The notes beneath the pieces are model-generated. The model was not told where the DNA came from, did no database searches, and saw only the letters and a list, made by a program, of their open reading frames with translations. A stretch of DNA of 63,291 nucleotides, the filler included, from Sphacelaria rigidula (Eukaryota), in assembly GCA_964200075.2 (NCBI GenBank). It is 9 parts of 9 records of this genome, joined end to end, with 100 filler letters (N's around TTAATTAATTAA, not from the genome) between each part and the next. Parts side by side here need not be neighbours in the genome. Positions count along the whole stretch, not along the records: positions 21,133 to 28,076 come from CAXNAA020017286.1; positions 28,177 to 35,119 come from CAXNAA020017287.1; positions 35,220 to 42,162 come from CAXNAA020017288.1; 6 more parts are not named here. One strand, 5' to 3'. Position numbers and translations under genes: made by a program. Of the stretch, positions 24,401-36,056 are shown piece by piece (positions within the stretch are counted from its first letter, which is position 1; each line of letters opens with the position of its first letter).

Positions 24401-27400
24401 GCTGTTCCACATGCCTGAGGTGCGCGGAGGTGGGGTGCAGTGGGACGCTGAGAACAAAGATCACAGTTGATTCGCACGGTATAAAAAAATACGTTGGAAG
24501 CAGAGAATTTTCAGGCGAATCACCACTTGTCCGAGCCTTGAAATCTCCGCAAACAACTCCCTATGAGAGGAAGAGCGGATAAAGTCACCGCCATACTTCG
24601 TCTGATGATCCTTCTCGAGGGCGCAGTGTTCGCCTGCAACCGGAATGACAATACTATATACACCGTTCACAGGTACGGTGCTTACGGCATGCATATGCCC
24701 ATAGACTATCACCCCGGACACGCGTGCATGCTGGAGAGGGGGTGGGTGCTGGCCTTCGCGCATGTGAGGGGGGGCGGGGAGCGTGGCAAAAGGTGGCATG
24801 CGGACGGGCGGGGACAGAATAAATGGAACAGCTTCCGGGACTTCGAGGTAGGAGGCATTGTGTACGTGCATATTCCCGATCCCTTCAACGGTATCCCTTC
24901 ACGCCCCCCTCCCCTCCCAGAAACGTATATTAGGGACCGAGGCAAAATCTATCACGTGAGGTGCTTGCAGGCAGGCGTGGTGCTGTTCGTGCTTGTCCTT
25001 CATTATTATAATGAATTCTAAGACCTGGCTCCTGAAACCAGCTGCTTGTATAGTCATTTTTCATAGTACAATCTAAGATCTGGTTTCTAAAACCAGCCAT
25101 CATCTCGATGCGCTGTATGGCCACTTCTTCGTTAAGCAAACGGTGCCAAATTGGGTGGGGGCTAAAGGTAGGACGAGCCTCCGTGGTGGAGGGGGGAAGA
25201 TGAGATTATGCGGTCGAGCCTGTTTCCCCATGTTACTCCGATTGTCCTCAACACTCTTGGAGAACGGAGAATGTTCAGACAACAGACACCACAATAAACG
25301 AAGAAACAACGGTCATTACCCAGGAATCGAACAGTTTACACATTGAACCAGCGAGCGCTCACTGGTTGAATGGGTAAGCTCTTTGCATCCTGAACAAAAA
25401 ATATGGTGTGTTGGTTTGTCCCGGCAGGACACTTAAGTGGTCTCCCCCGGCCCTTACCCCTCGCAAGCCTTACTGTTCACATTCCAAATTCCTCCAACAA
25501 TCGATCCGCCTGGAGACTCGAGCTTCCCGCCTCTTGTTCCACAAGCGAGTATTTGACCATTGAACCACTGGTGAGCGCTCACTCTGTCAAACTCGTGCCT
25601 TCCACAATCGATCATTCCGGGACTCGAACCGCATATCTTTTGTTCAGGAAGCGAACCGTTTACCCATGGAACCCGTGAGCTCTCACTGCCTGCATGGGTA
25701 AAGTGCTCGCTTTCTGAGCAGCCATTACTTATGTCAAGTTCTCCTTGTTCCCTCTGACCTTTTTACGAGCAGGCATGCGCGCGGTATCTGGTGACTTCGG
25801 GGTTTACAACCAGCGCGAGGATGGGGTTGCACGTCAGTAGTGCAGGGGGTCTGCTGGCGGGTGTAATGGCCAACACTCAGTCGGATCTCTTCGCCGCCAT
25901 GGTATTGAAGGTGATCCGGTCATTCTCGTCTGTCCGGCTTTGAATACATGCAACACCCGTTTTCGAGAAGAGTGAACAAGTCTGCGGAAAACGGAGCACT
26001 CACTGCCTACCGACGGGGGAAAATCTTGCAAGGGTAGGTCGAGTAGAGTATGTACTCTTGAGTACTCGAGTAAAATACTCCAGTATTTACTCTACTCGAC
26101 GTTTGAGTAGGTCGAGTACGGCCTTCAATACTCTACTCAAATTTTAAGTAGGTCGAGTATGGTCTCAAATACTCTACTCAAATTTTGAGTATGTTGAGTA
26201 GGGCCTCCAATACTCTACTCAAATTTTGAGTAGGTCGAGTACGACCTCAAGTACTCTACTCAAATATTGAGTAAACACTCTCAGTGATACTTGAGTACAG
26301 AGCATCACTTGAGTATGACCTCAATACTCTACTCAAATTTCGAGTAGATTGAGTATGATCTCAATACTCTACTAAATAATTGAGTACGTTGAGTACGACC
26401 TCAAATACTCTACTCGACCTACCCTTGAAATCTTGTGAAATAATCGTATTCCACGATTATTTACTGTTTTCAGTACCGAATGTCCACTGCGTCGCAACCC
26501 TCCAAGGGGAAAGCAACTGTTTCGATTTTTCTGACAGGTACTTAGTTCTTAAGCCTTCAACTGCCCGTCGATTTCGGGCTCCTTACTGAAGGAGTAATCG
26601 AACATTAAAATCAAAAGTCACAGATGATCGCATTGGCATCCTCGTACCTGACCTTCCTTTAAAAATGACTTTACTTGAGAAGCATCAAGATGGGGGGGTT
26701 GATAAGCTGCTAGCCCTCCGAGGGCACTTCTCATCGTAATAATTGATACAACTCTGCATACACATGGTAACTGTAAGCGCTTTGCGTGCGCCTGGGGGGA
26801 AACATACCAAGAGTCGGACGAAGTAAGGATTCGTCTGGAAATGACTTGATTTTGGTCTAATTGATTCGTACTGTACCAATTAATCCATAGGCTTTGTTTT
26901 CAGCGTTGCATGCCAGGTACACGCAGCTCAGGCACGTGGAATGACGCAAAGATTGCGTGGAGATATTTTTGACCGGTGGTCATCTTTTTTTTTCTCTTTC
27001 GAGCAATCAGGCGTGAAAATTCGTGGACTTGATTGTTCGAACCGGCGATGATTCGTCCGAACCGTGAAACATACCAAGGGAGTCGGTCGGACGAAAAGCG
27101 AATCGTCTGAAAATCACTCACTTACTTGTAGTGACATTGATTAATACGGTACGAATCGAATCAACCTTTGAGCTGTGTTTTCAGCGCTGCACGCCAGGTA
27201 CTGTATGCGCACCCCAGGCACGTGGAATAGCGCAAAATAATGCGTAGATAATTTTATTTTCTGACTCGCGGTCATTTTTTTTTTCCTTTCTCTTTTTCGA
27301 GCTATCATCAATCAGGCCTCAGATATATCGCAGATCTGGTGGTTCGAACCAGCGAAGCGAAGACTCGTCCGACCGACCTTCGGAACATGAAAACATACTG

Positions 27401-27661
27401 GATACGGATGCTGGTCCCTTCCCTTTCCTCTCGCGCCGTGGGTCCGCTGATTCATCAAACCTCGCAGGCTCCGTTTTTAGGAGTGATGTCGGCAATGAGC
27501 GACGCCAGTCTGCCGTTAACTGTGCACGAGTACGATGAGTGGGGAAACCCGAACGACAGCGAAGACGCGGAGGCGATGATTCGATCATGGTGTCCCTATG
27601 AAAATGTTAGGACCCAGGCCTACCCTGCCATGATGGTGTCGGCGTCGCTGAATGACACGAG
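21494..27661 (+). CDS. Prolyl oligopeptidase family S9A protein (oligopeptidase B / PREPL-like), partial at both ends
   Basis: Phase-consistent GT-AG exons: 21494-21605 (LYYTVPDELRRPWQ), 21835-22957 (FEEVDDAFFVDVGKTKD...SKTTSE), 23317-23566, 23839-23946 (SHDGVRIPLT), 24673-24847 (GYGAYG...AHVRGGGERGKRWHADG...KWNSFRDF), 25773-25910 (HVSSAGGLL, catalytic Ser) and 27468-27661 (LPLTVHEYDEWGNP...CPYENV...LNDTR, catalytic Asp). The His exon is off the contig. Confidence 0.93.
26029..26427. mobile_element. hAT-type MITE with perfect 8-bp TSD, in an intron of the S9A peptidase gene
   Basis: TIR CAAGGGTAGGTCGAGTAGAGTA / TACTCTACTCGACCTACCCTTG. TSD AAATCTTG at 26021-26028 and 26428-26435. Interior made of ~40-bp GAGTAGGTCGAGTA...AATACTCTACTCAAA units. 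Confidence 0.9.
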
Positions 27662-29859
27662 GTGCGTGAGATGCCGAAGACCTTATTAAGTGGTGGGTAG
27701 GTGCTCCTACACAGCACATGAATTTTGACGCTTGGACCGCTATAATATGGATAATAATGTTTGATGTAGACATTTATGAAGTGAAGGACATTCGTGAAGT
27801 GAAGGGTAATGAGCGATTTGACAGATTTACAAGCACCGAGCCCTGGATGCTCAAGGGGTTTCGGCGCGAGGAGAGAATGTCGAGATGAAAAACAAAAAAT
27901 CGAAGGTGATGATGCTGTTGGCTCTCTCGACGGTATCCCACGTTCATCGTGACTAGCGTTGAAGTCAACACCACGCGTTCAACGGCACGAAGGTATTGTA
28001 AACAGTAGGTCTGAGTGAGGACGGCTGGGGGGGGGGGGATGGTACTCATAATCGTTCATGCCATAGTCATAAGCCCNNNNNNNNNNNNNNNNNNNNNNNN
28101 NNNNNNNNNNNNNNNNNNNNTTAATTAATTAANNNNNNNNNNNNNNNNNNNNNNNNNNNNNNNNNNNNNNNNNNNNGTCGAATGACTAAGGCAAGCAACA
28201 AATGAGTACGCCCCCCCCCCTCCCCCCCTCCTTCCCCCACCGAGGTCAATGGTCTTATGACTATGGCATGCATAATCATGAGTACACCCCCCCTCCCCCT
28301 GCCCCCACCCCCAGACCATACTCCACGAACCCTGCCCTTTCAAATGGTTTCCTCACATTTACCACAAGGAGGTATTAACACCTGGTTCCTGCAGCATCGG
28401 AAGCTAACATGCGAGTATCATCGTTTTTGCCGGTTATTCGAACATTTTCAAGGTTTGATCAGGTCTGCAGTGGGGCCGTCGGTCAGTGGTTAATCTAATT
28501 TTCTATTTCCTTCATGTGTATGAAATGGGATTGATACTCTTCATTCGACATTACAAGACGTTTGCTTTTTTTCCTTCTCATCACAGTTGATTTATGTTGT
28601 TCTATTTATGTTGATAGATACACCCTGCTTCCCCCCCTCATTTTAATACGAATGATGAAATTAATGTGTTTGAAGATTCTTGAGCGAATGTTGCCAATTT
28701 TGTTTATGATGTCTCGGGTGTGTCGATCATGTGACCACGGGTGGATCCCTGAGGGATCAACTAAAGTGCGGGGATGAATCAATGAATGAATGAATCAATC
28801 AATCAATCAGTTTAACCAGATGTATATGTTCGTTGTCGCTTTGTATGAACAGGGACAGTAAATCTATCAAAGACGCTCGATTTACTGGAATGGACTGGCT
28901 TGGAGACTGCACGAAGCGCCGGCCATGCGCGGAGGATTCTTCTAGCCGAGATTCATCTTCAAGTTCTAGAAGTGGGGTGACTGCCCGCGCCGCGGAATGG
29001 CGACGGAGGATACAGGAGCGGGGAGAGCGCCAGGTGGGTCACTAGTTGATTTCCGGAGGTGTCTATTGAGGATATGGTACGGGTATGAGGGTGTGGTGAG
29101 TATTTTGGGGCAATCTTGGATACTCGGGGTGTTTTTTGTTAGTCGACAGATACCCCAGGCACCCTGGCATAGTTGGTACTGCAAATACCGTAGGAATCCA
29201 GTGTTGACACGGGATACGCACCTCTCAAATGTTTGATTGGTTATCTCACATGGACTGATTGACTTCGAAGCCAGCCGAGGTTACACACGATGGACGAACC
29301 CAGGGTATTGTACATGCGCTTGGAAAATACGCGCTGTGAGATCGTCGAGTAGAAGAGAGGACAAGAAAGAAAAAAGTGGAAATACGTGAAAAAACATCTT
29401 CAACCCTTTTGGCACCCGGTCGCCACTATCCAAGGGTGTAACCCTTCGACTGGGGGGCGGTGGTCCATTTGAGAATCGGCATAAGTTTTAGCCGTTTTTC
29501 AAGTGAAAATGATGCCGACTCATAACGGGCTTTCACTCATGGTGAGTCGGGGTCCGGTTCGAACAGGGTTGACTCTTGGACCGCGAGGGTAGGTTATCTG
29601 CTGAATCGACATCAGTTTCACTTGATAAAAGTATGCGTGATGCAGATGGACTACCCGCATCGCGGTCTAAGGATTGAGAAGGAAACAAAAGCAAAAACCC
29701 CGGGTTGCATGACCTTGATTGTTTAGACAATACACGGAAAGGGTGAATACCCTCAAGTTTTTGGAACACAAAAGGGTGACGCATTTCTCGGTTTGGGGCG
29801 CGGCGCTGCACACGGGCTGACCACCTCGATGACACATTTCAGCGCTGCGCCCCACGCAG

Positions 29860-30830
29860 GAGGTGTCTGCGTAGTATGCCGGACCATGTTTTTTTCTCAC
29901 ACGTGGTATTAGACGTAACTACGACGTGGAAAAGGGAAGCCTGTGAGTGTACCCTTTTTGTATACAAACTAAGAGGGTACACCCTACTCTCTGCTTGAGA
30001 TTGATCTCTCACCCTCTTCTTTTCACGCGTGTACCCTTTCATGCTCAAGGGCATACCCTTCTTTACATTTTCCCTGTGAAGTGGTGACCGTACCGCCGGC
30101 TCCGCAAAAGGTACGCCGAACAGTCACAACCATGTAATTTCTTTTTTGTCAAATTACACCCTGCCAAAAAGGCCGAAACGCAACGACCAAGAAGTTGTAT
30201 CCACCTGCTGGTTGGCCCGCAGACCCGGAGGATCTAACGGTGCATACAGGGCGCGAACGCTTGTGTGCCGAATCTCACAAAGATCCAACGAACATGTGTG
30301 AAGAATTTTACCGACACAAACGCGCCCGAACGGCATCATGCGGCGTCATCATGTGAAACATGAGACCGCAGTGGGATCTGCAATTTTCCCGTTCGATCTT
30401 TATGAGCTCCGGCACACAAGATTTCGCGCCCGACATGCATCCTCGGATCTTCCAGGTCTGCGGTTCAACCGGCAGGGGGCTACAATTTTTTGGTCGCTGG
30501 GTTTCGGCGTTTTTGACGGGTTGTAAAATCACAAAAAAACGTATGTGGTTGTGACTGTTCGGGATATCTTCTGGGCAGCCGGAGGTACGGTCACCACTTC
30601 ACAAAGGAAGGCACTCGTAAGGAAGGATATGCACTTGATCATCGAAGGGTACACAAGTGAACAAAAAAGGGTGAGACCTATATTTTTGCACAGAGTAAGT
30701 AGGGTGTATCCTCCTGATTTGCATACAAAAAAGGGTACTCTCACAGGCTCTCCTTTTCCGGGTCGTAGTTAAGCCTAGTACCACATGTGACAAAATATAG
30801 AAATGGTCGGGCATACTGCCCAGACACCTT
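29860..30830. repeat. Large imperfect inverted repeat (foldback) of a dispersed repeat family
   Basis: ~29860-30320 is the diverged reverse complement of ~30370-30830. Related single-arm copies at ~18590-18760, ~19620-20260 and ~32060-32190. Confidence 0.7.
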
Positions 30831-32803
30831 GTGCGAGGCGGCGGGCCCATGGGTACGGGCCAAATTATATAACGCATACACTATTTTCAAGTAATTTAAT
30901 TTGGATTATTACCAGTCCCTCTACATTATATAACGCATTATATAACGCAAACTTGATTTCAGTAAAGACTCCGTCACACTCGTGTTCACCGGGCCTTCTG
31001 ATCCCCGCAGCCACTGTAGCCACTGCAGCCACTGTAGCCACAGTACAGGACTGTACTGTGCTGTGCTGCGGAAGGATGGTATCCAGGACATCAATGGCTC
31101 CACAAGGAGTGCTTTGTCTTTCTGTATACGGGTTGGTGTACCCAACGTTTGCTATGAGCGCCGTCCTGCCTGCGGTATCGTTGCGGTGGCGGGGGTCGGC
31201 GTTGCAGTCTCCATTTTTGCGCTTGGCTAGCTTTCGCCTCCTGTATCCTGCACGACTTTGGATACGGGGCATGGGATAAGGCGGTGCCATCGCTGTCGCT
31301 GTGCGTGGTTTCATGCTCCCTGATGGCATAACCCCAGAAAAGGGCTATATCGGCATTAATGCTGCTACTGTAGCTCTCTATTGTTGGCCGTCGTGCTTTT
31401 GTTCGGGATGACTCGTGTTGATCGGTGCCGTACAGACAGTACTCACGCGATGCCCACCGCCTGGCCAGGGTTGGCGCATCTTGCGGTAAATATACAGTTG
31501 GTGCCGCGACAGAAATTGTTTGAAGATGCAATGGCGAAGACGACCAAGTGATCTACACATGGGACATGAGACAGCTAACGCAAAAATGCATTCCTCTTGC
31601 GTGTGCGATCCCGTGCGCTAGAGCACCGCCTTCCTCCGAAGGTATACCGTATAAGCTCGTTTCATGATGACATGGTGCCTGTGAAGATATCATCGATGTA
31701 CTGAACTGTTCTGGGCTGTAGCCAGCTAGCGGAGGGAAATGAAGCCTAGACCGGGCCTGGACAGAACCCCCCACCACCGCCGCTCACGCACCCNNNNNNN
31801 NNNGTAACTTTTTTGGGTGTAGGCCGCTAGCGGGGGGGAAAGAAAGCTAGACCGCGGCTGGGCAAAACCCCCCCCCCCCCCCCACCCCCCAAACAATTCA
31901 ATCTTATTGACCTCTCTGCGGCACACGGGGCTTGAACAGCGCACGTGTGTCCATCGACACAGAAATCCAGGGTTCAATCCGTTCGAGAATCATGGCAAAA
32001 CAACGAAAAAATCGATGATTTTGGTTCAGTCATTGTATAACGACCCGTACCCATGAACTCGGTGCCTTGTGCGAGGGGCTGAGGCGCTGGAACGTGTTTC
32101 GAAATGTTCAGCGCCGCGGCCCCAAACCGAAAATGCGTCATCAATTATGCTCCAAAAACATGAGGATATCCCCTTCTTTGTACACTGCCCTCTTTTTTCG
32201 TGCCTTCTTTGTCCTTGTTTTCTGTCGAACCCTTTGAATGCTCATGATACCCGTACCAAGATTTATTTCCACCGGCAGCCCTGCGAGGTTTTGGGAAGTA
32301 CATCTTGTAGACGTTGATGCACGCTAGATGGGCATGGGGTGCTTGACGAGAGTGTTTCAAGAAGAGACGTTTTGGCCAAAGGCGTGCGATACCTCGTGTG
32401 CCCGTTTTTGCATGTGTTCGTGTTTCTTTTTGCTGCTGTATGCCATGTTTGGTCATACATGGCCACGTTGCCACATGTACTGTTGGCTCGATCGCTGCTG
32501 TTTTATTTTTACTAAAAGGCGGCAACAAGCGGTGATGCGCGATACAGACGTGGCAACAGCATTTGGCGGGCAGACATAATCTCTCCACCAACAGCAAACG
32601 CACTATTTTTGTCTCCCCCAAAACACCTGTCGAGTTTGCGTTCACTATAGTGGTCTGAGCGTTTCAAAGGTTTGACTTGTCAGAATGTTTGTGTCTGAAT
32701 TTCCTGAGGGCGGAGGAGGAAAAACGTTGCGCAATGTTGGACCAATTTTTTCGATGACTGTTTATTTTTCTTGTCTCTTTCATTTCTCTTTTTTTCTGCA
32801 GTG

Positions 32804-33268
32804 TAGGGCCGTTTCTTCCGGTTCGTTTTTTGTTTGGTTCGTATTATCCACTTTCAGGACATTTGGCAAGGTTTTTGACCCCCAAACAGGGAGAATCGCC
32901 ACCACACGTCCTGGATACTTTGTATCACCCCACCGAGAGGAGCCTAGCTCACTTTTCCGATTCGCTTGGGTCAGAGATTCCGAGAGCGGCCTCTGGACAA
33001 ATATACGAGGAACACATATATTTCAGAGTGAAAATACGTGCAGACTGTGCAACATATGTTTTCCTCGTATTTTTGTCCAGAGGCCGCTCTCGAAATCTCT
33101 GACCCAAGCGAATCGGAAAAGCGGGCTAGGCTCCTCTCGGTGGGGTGATACAAAGTGTCCAAGATGTGTGGTGGCGATTTTCCCTCTTTGGGGTTCAAAA
33201 ATCTTGTCAAATGTCCTGAAAGTGGAAAATACGAACCAAACAAAAAACGAACCGGAAGAGACGGCCTA
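32804..33268. mobile_element. Foldback/MITE element: near-perfect hairpin with ~220-bp arms
   Basis: GGCCGTTTCTTCCGGTTCGTTTTTTGTTTGGTTCG... pairs with ...CGAACCAAACAAAAAACGAACCGGAAGAGACGGCC around a ~30-nt loop near 33022-33053. TA on both outer sides. Confidence 0.85.
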
Positions 33269-36056
33269 AAAGCGCTTTTCTTGCATCTAATTCCTTCATC
33301 TTCTTCTCCTTTTTCTTCTTCTTCTTTTTCCTCTTTTTTTTTTTTCTCATGTTCATTTTTTTTTTTTTTTTTTTTTTTCGTCTCTCGCCACCCGCTGTAG
33401 TTGTTAATTCGTCGAGTTGCCCTCAAGTCGATGTGTTTGGAGGAGAGGAGCTACAGGGGTGGGGCGCCGCCGTACGCATCCGGTATGTCTCCTGGATGCC
33501 GTACCGTTGCAATTTTCATCTCTGTGCTGCGTCCGTTTTGCCGCGCGTCACCAGGCACAAACCGCCGCGACTTCAAGCAGCGGGAACGGCGGGGCGGACG
33601 CAAGCACATCGATTGCATCCTCATCGGCTGCCTCTGGGCTCACGCAGCAGGATGTCACGTTCACGCCCGGTACGGACAGCCCTCAAACCTCCCCGTATGT
33701 ATCATGTACGGTACTGAGCAAGCTGTACTTTTATGATCTATATTGCGGAGTATGAAGACGGAGGGTGTCCTCCCGAATGGTGGTGCGTTTTGTATCTTTG
33801 TGTCTTGTGTCGTGCGTTAATGTTTTTTTTTTTTATCGCCGCGCCGCAGAGCAGATACAGTAAGTAAGTAGCGTGGAGCTTCCAGCCCTTCAGAATCGAG
33901 GGACTGGCGAGTGTTGCTCGCCAGGTTTTGAGTGCATCTCTGCTCTTGGGAAAACGTTGGTGACTGCAGGATAATCCCTTGGTCGTTAGAACCCCTCAGG
34001 TGGAGCCTCGGTGGACCACCTCAACCATGTATCCCGTGGCTCAACCATGACAGAATGCCTTGCACGTCTTTTGACATCAGATTTTAGTTTCGCACCGATC
34101 GTCCTAAACGCCCATTATCCTGCAGCGTTCATGTACGCCCACAACATCATTCTCCGAAAACCGTCGCGGGATTCTGCCTGCAGAAAAATATCGGAACATG
34201 AATCATGGGTGTTCAAAGAGTTGATCCGTTCTCGGGTGAAGACATCTCTGTTACCACGGTTTACCATATCTTGAGAGACAACTTTGCTCAAGCCTGTCAA
34301 GGACATCGACCCGTTCAAAGGTTTCACGCACAATTTGCAGTAATATTATACATATATATATATATCGCATGTCTCTCTTGTTTTGAAAACGGTGGGCAAT
34401 GGCGGTCCGTTTCGGAACGCTTTTCCCGTAGTCTCGGAATACCCTTCGGGGCTGCAATAAACACGTAAAACTATTTCGCTACTTTGTGTTCTGGGATTCG
34501 TTCTTCAAGTGATGACCGTTCAAAAATGAAACACCCATTTCGACAGCAATCGCGACGGGGGACGTAGTGCAAACAAATGAGGTGTGGACTCATAGGCCTC
34601 GACACACCAGCTGGTATTAAGCACCCAGGCCTCGCGGTCTTTTTGAACTTGAATTAAATTCACCAATATTCAAATCTTCGAAGGTAGCATATTGACTCTT
34701 GACTCGCGCAGGATTGCATGCTCACTGAAACTTCTGGGGAATCCCTGTTTCGCCCCGCCATTCAATTTTTAAAGTTTCTCAAATTTTGCTGTACCGGCTT
34801 TACTGGGCAAGAACATATCGGGGAGTGCAACCGCCGGCCTATTATGAAACTATGACCGGACGATGGATCACCAGAATGCCCCAACCTGTGGCAACAAATT
34901 TTGCCTGCTTCCGCAGTGTGTGGCGTGGTTGGCAGCATCATTGCCAACCGACGCCAACCCCGTCGGAGGTCCGTCCCTATAAAGCCATGAAGGAGCACGC
35001 CGGGTTTTCGCCGGACCAGGCTAACGGGGAGGGGAGGGGAGGGGGGGGGGGGGGGGGTAGTGATGTGGGGCTTGGCGTGGTGTGTTTGCGGTTAGAGGCG
35101 GCTCCCTTTCGAGCGGGAGNNNNNNNNNNNNNNNNNNNNNNNNNNNNNNNNNNNNNNNNNNNNTTAATTAATTAANNNNNNNNNNNNNNNNNNNNNNNNN
35201 NNNNNNNNNNNNNNNNNNNTGTGCTGCGTGGGAGAACCTCAACCCCACACAATGGGGATGATCGTACTACGTAGTGTTTGAATGGTGGCATACCCATGAG
35301 GCAGTGTATAAGCCATGGCTGTCTCTGGAAGTGGCGATACCAGAAAATATAACAACTCATTGTAGGTTGTCATCCAAATGCAAGATAACCAGCAGGCTTC
35401 GGGCCCAACAATCTTAGCAGGATGCAACTCACCCTTCATGCGACTCGCCGAATACACGACGGCACTTCGCGCTTGGTAATTGAGTGCGAGCCTGGTCCGG
35501 CGAAAACTCGGCATGCTCCGTCCCGGCTTTGTAGGGATGCGAGGTCAATGGTCTTATGACTATGGCATGCTGATCATGCCCCCCCCCCCCCTCGGCAATG
35601 CTCCGTCTCGAAAGGGATGCGTGGTCAATGGTCAAAGGACTAAGGCAAGTAACAAATGAGTACGCCCCCCCCCCCTCGGCACGAGTACCTGCCTGACATT
35701 TTATTGTCTCGTATTCGATTAGCACTACCCCATCGACTCTCTTGGATTTGTTTTCTTCTTGCGTCCTCATTCTTTCAGCGACAAAGAACAGCTAGAACGA
35801 TGTCCTTTATCGGGATTCGGGCTTACGATCTTCCGCCCAGCCTAATCTATCTCATGGTGTACCAGTAAAACCACCGAGTCGCAGCTGTAGTTGGAGAACA
35901 CAAGGGGGAGCTACGCCTACCTGGTAACGCGTAGACGCTGTTTCTGTCCGTACCACATGAACGATAAATCGGCGTGCATGTTGCGCCTTTACTGGATATT
36001 TTGCGTTCGCGTTTTGTATATCGCCCTGCCCCGTGGTCTCATCCTCCTCTCTGCCC

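Noticed and set aside
26029-26427. CRISPR-like array of ~40-bp palindromic repeats
   Set aside because: There are no unique spacers or cas genes, the context is a eukaryotic intron, and it is bounded by TIRs and an 8-bp TSD.
28852-29033. Possible isolated exon (CAG...GT bounded)
   Set aside because: The reading frame is ambiguous and there is no recognisable product or partner exon.
30865-31531. Ankyrin-like fragments (ADPRHRNDTAGRTALI, DGTALSHA)
   Set aside because: The motifs are short, in different frames and without clear splice support, which is too weak to call.
32685-33426. Similar ORFs on both strands
   Set aside because: An artefact of the palindromic foldback element.
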